Source of the DNA: Lytechinus pictus
Lineage: Eukaryota
Direction: 5' to 3'
Assembly: GCF_037042905.1 (NCBI RefSeq)
Contig: NC_087249.1
Coordinates: 10,604,001-10,668,000 of the forward strand
Length of the DNA stretch: 64,000 nt
A program made the translations under genes and the position numbers. A model generated the notes under the pieces. It did not search any database and was not told the origin of the DNA. It worked only from the letters and a program-made list of their open reading frames with translations. Below, in pieces: positions 50,708 through 64,000 of this stretch. How positions within the stretch are numbered: the stretch's first letter is position 1; each line of letters begins with the position of its first letter.

Positions 50708-52255
50708 TTAAGGAGCCTATGAGCCGACAAGTTATTTGGTTTTAATGGAATACAAATGTATGTATTTCCTGTTTTTAGAAGATAAATATCACACATAATA
50801 TTGTTTTTTTCAATCCATTAAACTTAGCGGAAAAGCAGGATAATAATTAATTCAAATCATTCACACTACATCTAGAAATGGATACAAAAAATCATTAGCC
50901 TATCAAGGGTGACATCAGTCGGTATCAAAGTGAAACGTTGCTTGCATAATTCGTATGACAGGCACGCTTACAAAAATTCACATGCACATGTAGACTTTTC
51001 CGTGGGCTTACACAAAAAATCAAACTTTTAACTTAACATTGTTTTAGTTCATGTATAAAAAAAAAAGATTGAAAAAAACAAAATCATCATGGTAGTAATA
51101 CCGATAATTCAAGCACATGAGTGTAAACATGCTGGTTCTTCCATTGCATGCCGGCGCCCTTTTATATCCATGAAAAAAAACCGATGCTGTTCCGTCTGAC
51201 GGGCAACTCAAAGACCGTTCTCCTAAGATCCGAGGCATTGGCTTTTCGATACGATGAAAGTAGACGGCTCGTCCATGGAAAACAAGGAGATTTTCTTGTT
51301 TATGCTATCCGGCGCCGTGGCATCTGCAAGGGCATTGCCACCGACAATGGCACGGGGCAGTCCCCCGAGAGGGTGGATTGAAGACGAGCATGCACTCTAC
51401 GAGCGACGCGGAACGAGCACGGTACTCAGAAAATGAAAGGAAATCATAAAAATTTCTTTCATATTCGTATATCGAGCCCCGCTGCCGCTATCTTTTCCGT
51501 CTGTAGGTCTGTCTGTCAGACTTCGTGTTTCGTGCTTAGCATGAAACCTTTCCATGTCTCTGTAATTTATTTTACTTGCTTCATAAAGTAACCTATTTCT
51601 TAACTTCTTCACTTTTTTTTTCATTGTTCGTACGTTCTTAATGTCTTGTCTTATTTTGTTTGTCTTACATAGAGGAGCGTTTCAAATAAATAATGATAAA
51701 AGTAATAATAAGACATTTTATATCCATGTCTTATTTCAAGTTTTTATTCTCTCTCTCTCTTCTTTTTTTAACAGACCTTGCCATTTCCTTTATATTATTG
51801 AGGGTTGGGGTCAAGACAGATGTGACGCCACAAGGGAATAGGGCAGGAGACGTTATGACTTTTCAAGTGTCAGAAAGAAAAAAGAAAAAGAAAGAATTAA
51901 TATGGGAGAACATTGTTGAATAGCCAGTGTGGAACGTCATATTAGGTTAATTTGCGCCCCTCCTCTTACCAATATGTCTTGTCTCCGCCGCTAATAATTA
52001 TTATATTGATAAAATTACAGCTTCAAATTTTAAACAGAAATGTGTGAGACAGGTGGGTGCTGAAGGTTACCAAGTAGCAAGTCACACTTCTAATAATTCA
52101 CCGGGGATTCCCGCAGAAGGTGTAAAAGAAACAATGGGCGGAGGAGAAAGGAGGGCGACGTTGAGGGACGTAAATGACATTAATAAAGACCATCTGGATC
52201 TGGAAGAGACATCAAACTTGAAAAGATGACGAGGGTTCAAGTAAGTTCAGGAAAG

Positions 52256-52548
52256 AATTGGTGATGGTGGTGTTGTATGGTGCCGGTGATAATAATGGCA
52301 TTGATTGCGGTGTTGGTGGTGTTACTAGTGGTGTTTGTGGTGGTGATGGTGCATATCGTGGTATAGTGGGTGGTGGTGGAGTCTTCCACCAACTTCACCA
52401 CCACAACCCTGGTGCCGCCCTGTGTTCCTGGTGTTGATGCTGGTGGAGGTGGTGGAGGTGGTGGTTGTGTTATTGTGGTAATGGTGGTGAAGGTGGTGCA
52501 AGACTCTACGACCACCATCTTCACCACCATAAACACCACCATCACCAT
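52256..52548. repeat. (GGT)n/(ACC)n foldback low-complexity region
   Basis: Alternating GGT-rich and ACC-rich blocks with inverted unique cores gagtctt / aagactc. Confidence 0.75.
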
Positions 52549-53944
52549 CAGAAAGACGGGGCGGCGCCAGTGTATTTTGATAAGGGGCAAGACGGCAAAA
52601 AACTGACGTCATTCTTTCTCATTTTCCCTCAATTCTACCTATATTCTTATTTTATTCTCCTCTAATTGAAAAATGTTAGGGGGAATTCACCCCTTCGCAC
52701 CTGTGGCATCTCCCATGGTTTAAGATATTGCAGAGGAAGTAAGTTGGATAAAAAGTTTCGTGAGAGGTGCACGTTGCGATACGTAAAATTAAGGGGGAAA
52801 GAAGACTCAAATGGTGGCGGAGCAAAGTCCCAGATTTTCTCACTGAATATTACGATTAATATTGTATTCTTATGATTGACTGTAATTCTGTAAATAATCG
52901 ATTTTGGTAGTGTCTGTTTGTATTTTGACGGAAAATAGAATAAATCTGTCTAAAATTAAACTGTTATTTACATTTGATAATTGCGTATAAGTGGTGGCAT
53001 TTGTTTAAATTAAATTGAATTAAACTGGTACTAAGGTTTAATAGATATGCTATATCAGCTGCGATAGTAGTGGTGGTGGTTGTGGTATTGGTGGTGGTGG
53101 GTGATGATAGTGATGATGGTGAGATAACTGTGACTGTGCAATGTCTTTGCAACTATTAACGGTTGGTGGTGGACAATGGTAGCAGCAATACGGGTTTATA
53201 ATCAATGAAGATATAATAAAAAGTGTTTGACTATTTTACTACTTTTATTGGTTTTGATGGACAGATTGTGGAATGCGTTCGGAACTTGCGCATGTTGGAA
53301 AGTGGTTGTAGTGACAGCAATTTGAAGATATTGCTTTGGCTATAAAAAAAAAGGTGGTAAGGGTAAGACGATGACATGACTTGAAAAGAAACGCCGTTTT
53401 AACGAAACTTCAGCGATATCAACGAATGAAGTTTTTGTGGAAGCTTGGCAGCGAAACATGCTAAAAGTGACCTTATTCTAACAGCATGGCGAGTGATGGA
53501 TTTTAGTCTCTGGAATATCTATACCGTCTCCAGGGAGTTTGAGCTTTCACAACACTCACTTAAGACGTCTGCCATAATTTCTCCAGCATCGCCCCAAGTG
53601 AGAAAGAATGACAACTAACACTGTCATAACCTCTCCCGTCAACCACGCACCCTCTCACACCACGAAGATTCTTTGATCACACCCCCAATCATCCCACACA
53701 CTCACCCTCCCCCCCCCCCCACACACACACCTTTTTTTTTTTAGTCACACAAACAGCCATGAAAACAAAAATCTTTAATTCTGTTCTGCGGGTTGAGATA
53801 ATATTATTTTATGAATGTGTTGATTAGGAAGGCAAAATCATTCGGTTGAATGCTTAATTAGTTTAAATAAATATTTCTAAATCTAGATTCACATGAATTG
53901 GTCATTAATTTAGTGGCAGTTTAAAGTATGTCATTAAAGAAATT

Positions 53945-54375
53945 ATGTGAGCGCAAAGCTCGCATAATTCGAATGTTTAAAAAATTTCATATTGAGCATT
54001 TTCTGTTAAAGTTATCCTCATCTCATGAAATAAAGTAACGGAAGCACGAAGTGCGAGTTACATTATATTGTGTATCGAAATGACCATGATACTTTTTAAG
54101 CGCCATGTAACCGTAACGAAAAAGATCTCGTTTAAACAAGCAATGCGAGCGCGAAGCGCGAGTAGATTTTTATTATTTTGATGTAGAGGCCTGAAGGTCT
54201 TTCTACTTGCCAATTCCCCCCTCCACTTATTACCTATAATTTCTTACATTTATTTATCTTCATTTTTCCCCCTCCCCCCTCCGTCCTTCTTCTTCTACTT
54301 CTCCTCATTTATTTCTTCCCCCTATTTTTATCTTCTCCCTCTGAAAGAGTAGCCCCTTCGGCCACTGGATCCCCC
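53945..54375. mobile_element. Degenerate interspersed repeat with gcgagcgcgaagcgcgag motifs
   Basis: Three diverged copies of the motif followed by a pyrimidine tract; termini not resolved. Confidence 0.45.
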
Positions 54376-55399
54376 TAGGGTGTACAAGAATGTGAATAAT
54401 TATTCAACTTGTCCCTTATCATGCTTATACTGTCTTCTTAAAATAAGCTAAGTTATACGACGCCAAAATATCCTTACTTTACATTTGATTTAAATGAAGT
54501 TTTCCATGATACACTTGTCTGTTTTCTTCCCCACTTGTTCACATAAAATCGTAGGGCGCCTTTGATGTGCTAAAGGTTGAATGATTGATATTGACATGAT
54601 CTTGATAGATGTATTTTCTTTCAAATAATTTTACAAAAATATAACCAAATAAGGTGTCATGATACGACCATATTTCAGAATAAATACAAAGCTTTTAAAA
54701 TACTGGTTAATTTGTATCAAAGAATTTAATGAATGTCCAATTCCGTTGATTGCACCATTTATTTCTCGCGAAAGTAATAATGTTTTTTTTTTATGGTTTC
54801 ATGATTTGAACTCATGATGAAATTTAATGTTGAATGATTTATATGTAGTTATTTTCAAATTATATCATAATTGGTAAACGGGTTCATGTAATATATGTCA
54901 CCTGTCTCAAGTTCAAGATAAGACCGTCCTAGGGACATTTTCCTGATGTTACGGTATATAAATGTATTTTTTTTGGTTTTTTGTTGATAAGTCTTATTGT
55001 AAAGTTTCGTCCTCTTGAACATTGGTTTATGTACAAGTAATAAATAAGATACATTTTTGGAAAAATAATTTCATGATCTTTATGAATGTAAAGTCATCAT
55101 TCTTGTCATAATACAGGTACATGTAGTATCTCTGCATCTATGCCTCTATGCATCTTGGTTTATGCACATGTAATATATAATTTTGATATAAAAAACGAAT
55201 AATAATTTCATGATCTTAATAAAATAATGAAAAGTCATCATTTAATATCATAATAATTCTGTACGTGTAATGTGTGAAAACGCAGAAATAATACTCAAAA
55301 CCAAACTTTTGATCACTTCATTTGACTTTTTTAAAATTCCCAACTGATATAATAGGCCCCTACACGATTTTGTGGCGTGATAGTAAGGCAGAATTTTAA

Positions 55400-56010
55400 A
55401 GGGATACTCTGGGCTGAAAATATTTATATCTAAATAAATAGAGTAAAATTCACAGAGCAAAATGCTGAAAATTTCATCAAAATCGGATAACAGATAACGA
55501 AGTTATTGAATTTTAAAGTTTAGCAATATTTTGTGAAAATAGTTATATGCATGTCATCATGAATATTCATTAGGTGGGCTGATGATGTCACATCCCCACT
55601 TTCCTTTTTCCTTTTTTTATGGTATTACATGAAATCATAATTGTTTCATTTTTTTATATATGTGTGAATAATGTGTCTCCTTTATAATGAAATAAGTTGC
55701 AAAAATGAATATCTAATGCACTAAATCAGTTGTCAATCCAATTTCTAAAGTTCTTGGCAGACAAAATTTGAATAAACCCTTATTTCATATAATAAAATAC
55801 AAAAGAACAAGTGGGGATATAACATCATCAATTTGCTCATTGAATATTCATGATGGCATGCCTAGAACTGTTTAACTGGAATAATGCAAATATTTAAAAT
55901 ACCATAACTTTGTTATTCCTTGTCCGATTTTGATCAAATTTCCAGCGTTTTGTTTGTCTGATTTTTCTCTATATGTTTGAATGATATTATTTTCAGCCCG
56001 GAGTATCCCT
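55400..56010. mobile_element. Kolobok-like non-autonomous element (related subfamily)
   Basis: TTAA at 55396-55399 and 56011-56014; TIRs agggatactctgggctgaaaat / attttcagcccggagtatccct; shares gctgaaaatttcatc.aaatcggat with 45314. Confidence 0.9.
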
Positions 56011-56497
56011 TTAACGAATGTAGTAATGATAAAGACCAACAGAGAACTAAGGGTGGGGCATGGACCCTTCCTAGTAGGGTACATGGGTGAAATAACCGGT
56101 TGGTTGGCTAGGTATGTTAATCTGGTATGTTAAACATGGATCCGTGCAGTTTAGAATTGATGGATATTGTTTAATATTATAGTGCAAAAGTATGGTGATG
56201 TGCCTTCTTCTTCCGCTCTAGCTCTCTGTGTTCTTTTTACCTCATCTCATCCTTGCCTTCTATCTTTCTTTCCCCTATCGCTTTTAACTTGTAGCTCTGG
56301 GTTAAATTATTGTTCTTTTTCATACACAATTTTCCTTTATTAGATCTATACCGGAAATTTCCATCTGTTTATGTTAAGGATTTGTATTTTCCATTTGTAT
56401 TTTATATGTGCTTGTATTTTGTTTTGTTTTATGTTATACAGGGCCTACAAGTACAACCATATTCGACTACTGTTGGAGTTACCCTGTTTAAATAATA

Positions 56498-56585
56498 CGT
56501 AATAAATAAATAAATAAACAAATAAATGAATAAATAATAAATCAATCAATCAATCAATCAATTAATTAATTAATTAATTAATTTC
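56498..56585 (+). repeat. Compound (AATA)n(ATCA)n(ATTA)n microsatellite, likely a retroposon tail
   Basis: Direct reading. Confidence 0.85.
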
Positions 56586-56619
56586 AATTAAGGCTGAGAC
56601 TGTAGAGTGTAATGATTAT

Positions 56620-56886
56620 ATGCAACAAGTTATTATGCAGCGCTTTAAAAAATGTTTCTGAGCGTCACATATACTATTATCCCTGGCTTTAGCACGGCTA
56701 CTCTTATCGGATGCTCGATCATTCGAGGAATTTCTTCCTACCGGGTACCCATTCACTGCACCTGAGTGGAGAGTAGCAAATGTAGATAAACGTCTTCCCA
56801 AAGGACGCGAGTGCTACGGGAGGATTCGAACCCCTGACCTTGTGGTTCAAAGTCCGAAAACTTATCCACTGAGCCACAACACCTCT
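56620..56886 (-). mobile_element. tRNA-derived SINE
   Basis: A-box TGGCTCAGTGG (56866-56876), B-box GGTTCGAATCC (56822-56832), core shared with 29555-29910. Confidence 0.9.
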
Positions 56887-57974
56887 CCTAAGAGAGTACC
56901 CCGGCCCATTCAAAATCATTTCGAATGCTCTTTACAAAGTATATTTAGAATTGAAAGATAAAGATATGCTTCTTACGTATCCTTATTTCAAAATGTCAAA
57001 TGGATGCTCGGTGTATGGTAAGAGGAATGAAATCGAAGCATCTTCTTGGAACGTTATGCATTGAAAAGAGGCATACTTTACTTGGATCTAGCCGACGAGA
57101 TGAAAATGGGGAGAGTTGGTAGATAGATGGTGGAGCATGGGAAGCTCTTGTGATATGGAGTGAAACGATACGCTTCAAGTCGAAGAGGGGCTCAAGATGC
57201 CTTAGCAACAAAAAGCCCCTGTCCCTAGCAACTGAAACAAGACGGAGACAAATGGCGCTGATGACATATCGCAGGACTGACATCGAGGCCGTTAAAAGCC
57301 AGAGTGGAGAGCGGAGAAACAGAATGCGAGTATAGGGTGAAAAAGGATAGGAAAATAGATCGTGATAGCAAAGATCAAAGAAAGAGAGGTCGATGGATGA
57401 ATAACGAATGGAAATATCTATTTGAGGACTCACGGGTTTCGTTTATGAATTTGAGCAAATTAACTTGATTAAATAAGTAAAGAAGTTTTTTAAGCAAAGA
57501 TGTGTACCGAAAAGGTGACGGAAACGTTACCCTTTTTCCCCTTTTATTTGTTTTGAGAGGTTTTATGGAGCCAGCCGGCTAAATTGCAGATTCTTTTAAA
57601 GAATGAAACAGTAATCTTCCAAATTTACAGCTATGAATGAGAGATCCATGTACTTTCAAGGCTCTTTCATAATTGTACTTGCTCTATCTTTATAGAGATA
57701 GTTTTATGGGCCACTGGGTGGCAGGGACTTTAAAGCGTGTATCTTCAATATTAAAATGAAAAGAGCGTCAAATAAAAAAAATTATATATCACTAATCTAT
57801 AAAGATCATTGTTGAGAATATTAATGGATGGCGAGCGGACAGTGACACCAAGTGTGCGAAAACGATTACAGATATGCAACGAAACGGTAAGAATGAAGAA
57901 AGAGTGATTGAATCACGATGAATATGCAACAATTAAGAGGATAACGATTTGTGGGGAAAGACCTATAAATTGGT

Positions 57975-59190
57975 TGCGACGAATTTGTAACAAGAGCATG
58001 AAGATGGTCGTGGAATGGGGAAAGGCTGGTAAAATTATGACGGATATCTAATGAGAAGGTGCCGAAAGTCTGTAAAATTTGTTACAAAGATGTAACGAGA
58101 GGGTGGCGAAGCGTGGAAAAGACTGGTAAAATGATGACGAACGTGCTAGGAATGGGAGAGGGTGACGATGGGGAGGGGAAGGCTGGTAAAATTGTTACGA
58201 ATAGTTAACGGGGGGTGGCGAGGGTGGGGAAGGCCTGGTAAAATATTACGAATATGTAACACATGGGTGATGAAAGATAGAGAAAGACTGGTAAAATGTA
58301 ACGAATATGTATCGGGAGGTTGACGAATCGTGGAAAATACTGGTAAAATGGTGGGGAACATGTGACGAGGGGTAGAGAAACAAGAATAGGTAAAAGAGAG
58401 TGACAAGGGATAGAGAAAGGCTGATAAAATGTTACGAACAGGTAACAAGAGGATGACGAGGGGAAGAGAAAGAATGGTAAAATGTTACGAATGTGTAACA
58501 GGGGGGGGGGGGGGTGACGAGGGTTAGAAAAAGACTGGTAAAATGTTATTATTTGGTAACAATTGGGGGCCGAGGGTGGAGAATTACGGGTAAAATAGTT
58601 ACGAATGTGTAACGAGAGGCTGACGAGGGGCGTGGGGACCCCGGTAAAAGTGTTACGGATCGGTAACAAGAGGATGCAAGAATTGGAGGAATCAAGTGGA
58701 ACGCCTCTGGCTGTCTCTCCTGCATTACGCGATTCAATATAGCAGCAGTGCTGACTTTGAAAACAGATATTAAATAATTATTCACAAAAGAAAACACTCA
58801 TATGATAATAAAATACTATTTCCATTGACACAACATGACCTTTGATCATGATCATGTGACCTAAGACATGTGCAAAACAATCATTCATACTTGATTACCA
58901 TTATGTCTATGTTTCATGAACTACATGTGTAGATCCATAAACTTTTTTTTATATTTCAACGTTGACGACGCCGCGACCGTCGCCGCCGTCGGAAAAGCGG
59001 CACTTATGCTCTCGCTCTGCTTTGCAGGCGAGACAAAAACTGGTAAAATAGTTTTAAAAAAGTAATGAGATGCAGACGAGGGTAAAAATGGAATTGGTGA
59101 AATTGCCTGCGAAATAGTAACGCGAGGGTAAGGAAAGGTGACGAAAACAAATACCTAGAGAGTGTAACGATGGATGACGAAAGGCAGGTA
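57975..59190. repeat. Diverged ~45-50-bp minisatellite interrupted by a HINE-like element
   Basis: Recurrent unit approximating ctggtaaaatgttacgaatgtgtaacgagagggtgacgaggggtagagaaaga. Confidence 0.85.
58693..59039 (-). mobile_element. HINE/Helentron-like element (copy 2)
   Basis: Reverse-complement homologue of 24365-24877; carries a short GCC/GTC microsatellite near its 5' end. Confidence 0.75.
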
Positions 59191-62100
59191 AAAGTTTGAC
59201 TGAAAATCGAGTGGCGATGAAGATAGTGTAGGGTTATTAATTCTGATATTCTTATTCTAAGCGATTTTTTGTTGTTGTTGAATAATGTCGTGCCCGTTAC
59301 AGAATACCTTTCATGGTAGGATATAAATTATCATAATATATCATGAGCGTATACGTTGAGAAGTATTTAAAGGAGATCAGTTCATCCGTTGTCATGTGAC
59401 ACTTTTTGACGTTTATTTTGGAAAGTGAGAAGGAGTCACGCGCAGGGAAAAGCCATGTTGACCGCCTATCATGCTTCTTGACTTGCGTAAGATATTGATG
59501 GCGTATCCTCGCGTCAATTATGCATCACTTATATTTCATAAAAAATCGACACCACTTCCTTAATGGTCGCTTTCATGAACAAACTCTGTTTTCGAGTAAG
59601 ATTGCCGCTGAAAAACAGAACTGGGTCGTGCCACTCAACGTTGGCAGTTGCTCTGACCGAGTCCTTGTTAACATTAAAACTAGAGTATGTGATTTCAAAA
59701 CTTGTCGTTTTATCTCATAAATTGTCTGCCCCTTTCTCAACCAATGCGGTTTATGACTTGTTTACTCGCTATCATAGTCTTTGCTTTCCTTTTTCCTTTA
59801 GACCGTAAGAGTGATGATACGATGCTTTTATCACTCTTTTGTTCTTGAAAATTGTATTGGTGTCCTATGTTATCTGTGCCTCATCTGTCGTTATGTACTA
59901 TCCACGGCTTTAAAAAAATCACACTTTTTTCCTTGCTTTTAACTTTGTAACAGTTACCTCTACTGTCTTGTTAGTTTCTATATTCCCGATATTCCGATTT
60001 TTTTCCACATTCGCCCTACATAGTCTCGGTATGAACTTTCTTTAATACACGATTGTGTCATCTTTCATCCCATTATCCTTTTGGAAGCCCCGATGCTTCC
60101 AACGAACGTCTAGAGAGAACAAGATTTTGAAATGAAGGGAAAAAATCGACAAATCCCTTTTCTTCATCCTAGTTTGTCTCCCCGCCGACGACTGAGTCGC
60201 CAAAGTTCAATGTCGAAAGCTGAAAGGCTTGACCTTGAAATTGGACCCACCCCGACCTACCGCGCGCCTAAAGATGTGCGAACTCCTGGTAATCGGAGAC
60301 CTCCTTGGACCGCATCTTTCATCTTTCGCTCGATGACAAGGGTGTGAGGGGGGAGAGGGGATGGTGATCCTCCGTAACATACCCCCCCCCCCATTTTAAG
60401 AGGAGTGGTCCCTTGGTGGGTGAGACTAAAACACGTTCACGCGCGTGCTGAGTCCATCTTTCATCATGAGAAGACAGATACTCTTTTTTAAATGACGGGG
60501 CAAGGGTGTGTCGCAGGGGAGGGTGGGGGTGGAGTCGTTGTAACAGTTATGATGACGACGTTAAGTAGTTCAATTTTATTCATTTGAGAGGATATCTACC
60601 AACATTTTCCCGGTGCCGTAATTACATTCATTATTCCAAAGGGTTTTATTCTCTTAGTTCTCATTTCTGTTTATTTTAGCCTCACAATAATTAATGTTTG
60701 ATGTGGTTTTTTCCCAAGCAACCTGTGTTTTTTCTTCAAAGCACTCGTTGTTGTCAAGCTATCTGCTTATATTATGATGACACCCCCTGCATATTGTGAT
60801 TGTTATAATAATTTGGTAGTAGATCATTTTTGTTTGGAATGATATTGTTTAATACATCTGTGATTCATGCCAAAACAGTAATCATTATGTTGTTATCAAT
60901 CAAATCAACTGACAATCTTTCTGTGGAAAAAAGAAATATATCAAGGGCGTGAGAGTTCAGTTTTTAAGCTGATTTCAGCTATTTTTGTTTTTCTTATTGT
61001 CAGTTTATTTTAAGCTTTTGTGTATTTTGTCTGTTCAAATGTATAGGGGCTTTTGCATTTACAGTTATTTCCATTTGTGGTGGGTCACTCTAAACCCAAT
61101 AATTTTACTGACAATGACTGTTGTATCATATTTATTATATTATCATTTTTACTTATTTGTTTAACACATCCCCACAAAATGGTCTCACTACCCTATTCCG
61201 TCATTTTGTTGGGCCTTTCTTTTTTTAATTCCATGTAGAGCTCTTGATGGAATCAAATTATTTATGTACTTTTGTCGAACATTAGGATTTATTGCTAGTA
61301 GTAGGGAGATTAAGAGAGAGATGGGGAGAAAAGGAGATAAGGAAGGGACAGAGAAAGGAAAGATAGGTTGGAACGGCGCGGGTAAGAGAGAGAGAGAGAG
61401 AGGGTGAGAAGAAGGGGAAGAAAGGAAGAGAGGAGAGGGAATATGACTGAATGACACTTTGATTCTGTTTGGAAAGTTCATTGGCTTTATCTGCAGTCAG
61501 GTAATTGATTTCTTGTCGACAAATTGAAACCGCGTGCGAAGACTATAGCGGTCTTTGTCATCGCAACATGGAACTTCGTTGGAGGATATGGTATTCGTGC
61601 TCAAGAGCGAGTCCGGGCTCCATCTCATCCCAATGTAAGCGATTAAAGAAAATGATAAAAATTTAAAAAGAGGGTTACAAAAAAGATCGAATGGACGCGG
61701 GAGGGGGGGGGGGTTGAAGAAGATAAAATGAAAGATGGGGCACAAAAGATGTCGTGTTCATTATTCGGGCCGTGGATCTTGGTGGATGGCTTGAGGGTTC
61801 AATGTCCAAACACAGAAGGGAAGAATCGGTCGCTTTTTAATGGGCGATGTGCCTTGAGGGGTTAGCCCTGGTCTAAATATTGGGGGCTGCGGCGCAGAGT
61901 AGCAGTGTCATCGATGAAAAAAATGTTCTTCACCTTTCTCATTCCTTCAACTCGCAGTCTGCCCGACTCTCTGTTTCCATCTTCGTTGTTTTTTTTTTGG
62001 TTCGTTTCTCTCTGAATCTCTCCTCCTCTATCTCCATCCGCATCTTTCCTCCTATTTCTCGCTCTAGCTGTCAAACAGATGTAATTAGCGCGTAGCTAGG

Positions 62101-62623
62101 GGATATTAATAGAGACAGACACGGAGTGCTGCAGGGGTAAACTTGGGTAAAAGAGATGGGCAGGGGAGGAAAAAAAATAGTATGGGCGATTTTAATCAGG
62201 CCGCGAGCGGAGCGACCCCAAAACTCATGCCGGGGCCTTCCCGGTGATTAGACGCCTCGCATTCGGTGGAGGCTTGCCTCTGTCTCCGTCCGTCTCTCCC
62301 CCTCTCCATCCACAAAAATCGAAAAGTTTATTAACGGGGTTTTTCACGCGAGCTGACTCCGCGGCGATTAAAATTATTGATGTCGACATATACACATGGG
62401 ATACCCAGAGGCGCTCTTTCAGTTTTCTTCTTTCTGCTCTTATACTAGTATGCCTTTCTTCTTTTCTCTCTCTCTCTCTCTCTGCCCCCCTCTCTCGCAT
62501 TAACCCCCCCCACACACACACACACACACACACACACGCATACATAAGCAGAAGCGTAGTATCTCTATCTGAAACTGAAAATGAAATATGCCATATTTTC
62601 TCATATATGTTACAAATTAATGC

Positions 62624-62661
<38 letters not shown>

Positions 62662-63099
62662 CTGCATAAAACAATCAATAATCTCAAATTCGCCTCAACC
62701 CCTATTCATTCAAAATGGTTCTTCGATTTCTGATCGATTTGATTTTATTTATACGTGATAGTTATGCATGTCATAATGATAAGTAATATATATATTTTTT
62801 TGCCATTTAAACATAGGTAAGTAACAATGCTTGAAAATAAAAGACAGCCCTATTTAATACATTAAATAGATTATGATATTTATAAGGCAACTAAGTTCCG
62901 AAATGAACATTAAAATAATTTCGATGTTTATTACAACGTCAAAGATTTTCTAAGAATTTTCTCAGTAACTCTTGTGTATGTCTTTCTCTTTTTGTTTCTC
63001 TCTCTCTAACACAGAGACACACAACCTATTCACTCGATCCTTCTATACATTTCTTTACTTTATTTATCATTATCAATCTTATAACTATTTATTTTCATA

Positions 63100-63350
63100 A
63101 TTGTAAATATATTTATTCTTTTTCTTCTTATTATTATTATCATTATCATCATCATCATTATTATTATTATCGTTGATATTTTCATTATCACTATTATTAT
63201 CATAATAATAACAATTATAATAGTAATATTATTATTATCATTATTATTATGATTATGAATATTAATAATATTATTATTATTAATATCATTATTATTGTCA
63301 TTATTATTATTATCATTATTATTATTATATTATCATCATCATCATCATTT
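63100..63350. repeat. (ATT/ATC)n repeat
   Basis: Direct reading. Confidence 0.95.
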
Positions 63351-64000
63351 TTTAATCATTATGATCAGTATCGATTTTCTTTTATCTAACAAGTCTATTT
63401 GGGCTTCTCGGAGCAATCTCATCCCATTATCTGCTGCCCCCCCCCCCCCTCCTCCCGCCCCATCCCCTCTTTTCTCTCTCTCTCTCCCATTTCCTTTCTC
63501 CTTACCATCACCTAACCCCCCCCCCCCCATTTCTCCCCCTTGTATTCTACCACTTCCTCTATTCATTCTCTCCTTCCTCAGTGGATAACCTAGTTTATCA
63601 ACATGCCTCTATCCATGTCTTTTCACTTTTCCTATATTTAATCATACAATGCCCTGTAGTGTTTTTGTGTCCCAAATGAAAAACGATAAAGACTGCATGA
63701 TTTCTACCCTGGATTTTCATCAAGTATGAAATTCATCAACAGGTCGATCTTTTTTCTTTTTTTAATTATCTCAAATTTTCCCTTCCCCCTTCCGTTCATT
63801 TTTTTTTCTATTGATGACCAGACATTCTGATGGTTGGACCGTCGAAGAACATTATTTTTTTGATAGATTTGTATACGAATTATGCATCCATTATGTTTGT
63901 TGTTATGCGTATTTTAACAAACAAAACAAGAAACCGGAGTATTTACATTAAACTATCACTCAAAATTATATTTAAAGCACAAGGAAAAAGATACATCACA

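Noticed and set aside
51040..51430. Possible ancient SINE core or structured RNA
   Set aside because: Only vague similarity (gcagtcccccgagagggtgga vs gctccccagggagaggaga); no pol III boxes or stable fold evident.
57975..58690. CRISPR-like array or repeat-protein ORFs (58146-58669)
   Set aside because: Whole units are degenerate tandem copies without unique spacers; no cas genes; eukaryotic context.

Overview
Eukaryotic, AT-rich, repeat-dense animal DNA. The repeat families suggest an echinoderm such as a sea urchin (inference). The only host coding sequence I can support is a terminal + strand exon at 2092-2256 (VNFSEQ...LPPTPDS...*), which resembles the C-terminal exon of an Islet (Isl) LIM-homeobox gene and is missed by the ORF track. 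The remaining ~61 kb looks like a gene-poor region downstream of Isl. It holds GC/CpG-richer non-repetitive islands (candidate cis-regulatory modules) among many non-autonomous mobile elements: TTAA-flanked Kolobok-like elements, CAC..GTG EnSpm-like MITEs, a hAT-like MITE with an 8-bp TSD, two HINE/Helentron-like elements, tRNA-derived SINEs, LINE relics, and mini- and microsatellites. The most distinctive structures are a nested stack at 44.5-47.9 kb (two TTAA elements in tandem inside a LINE RT, itself probably inside a SINE), a 78-bp near-perfect palindrome just downstream of Isl, and a weak convergent minus-strand exon candidate at 18.8-19.07 kb. Nearly all ORF-track entries appear spurious. 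I found no convincing new biological system; the findings are testable leads.
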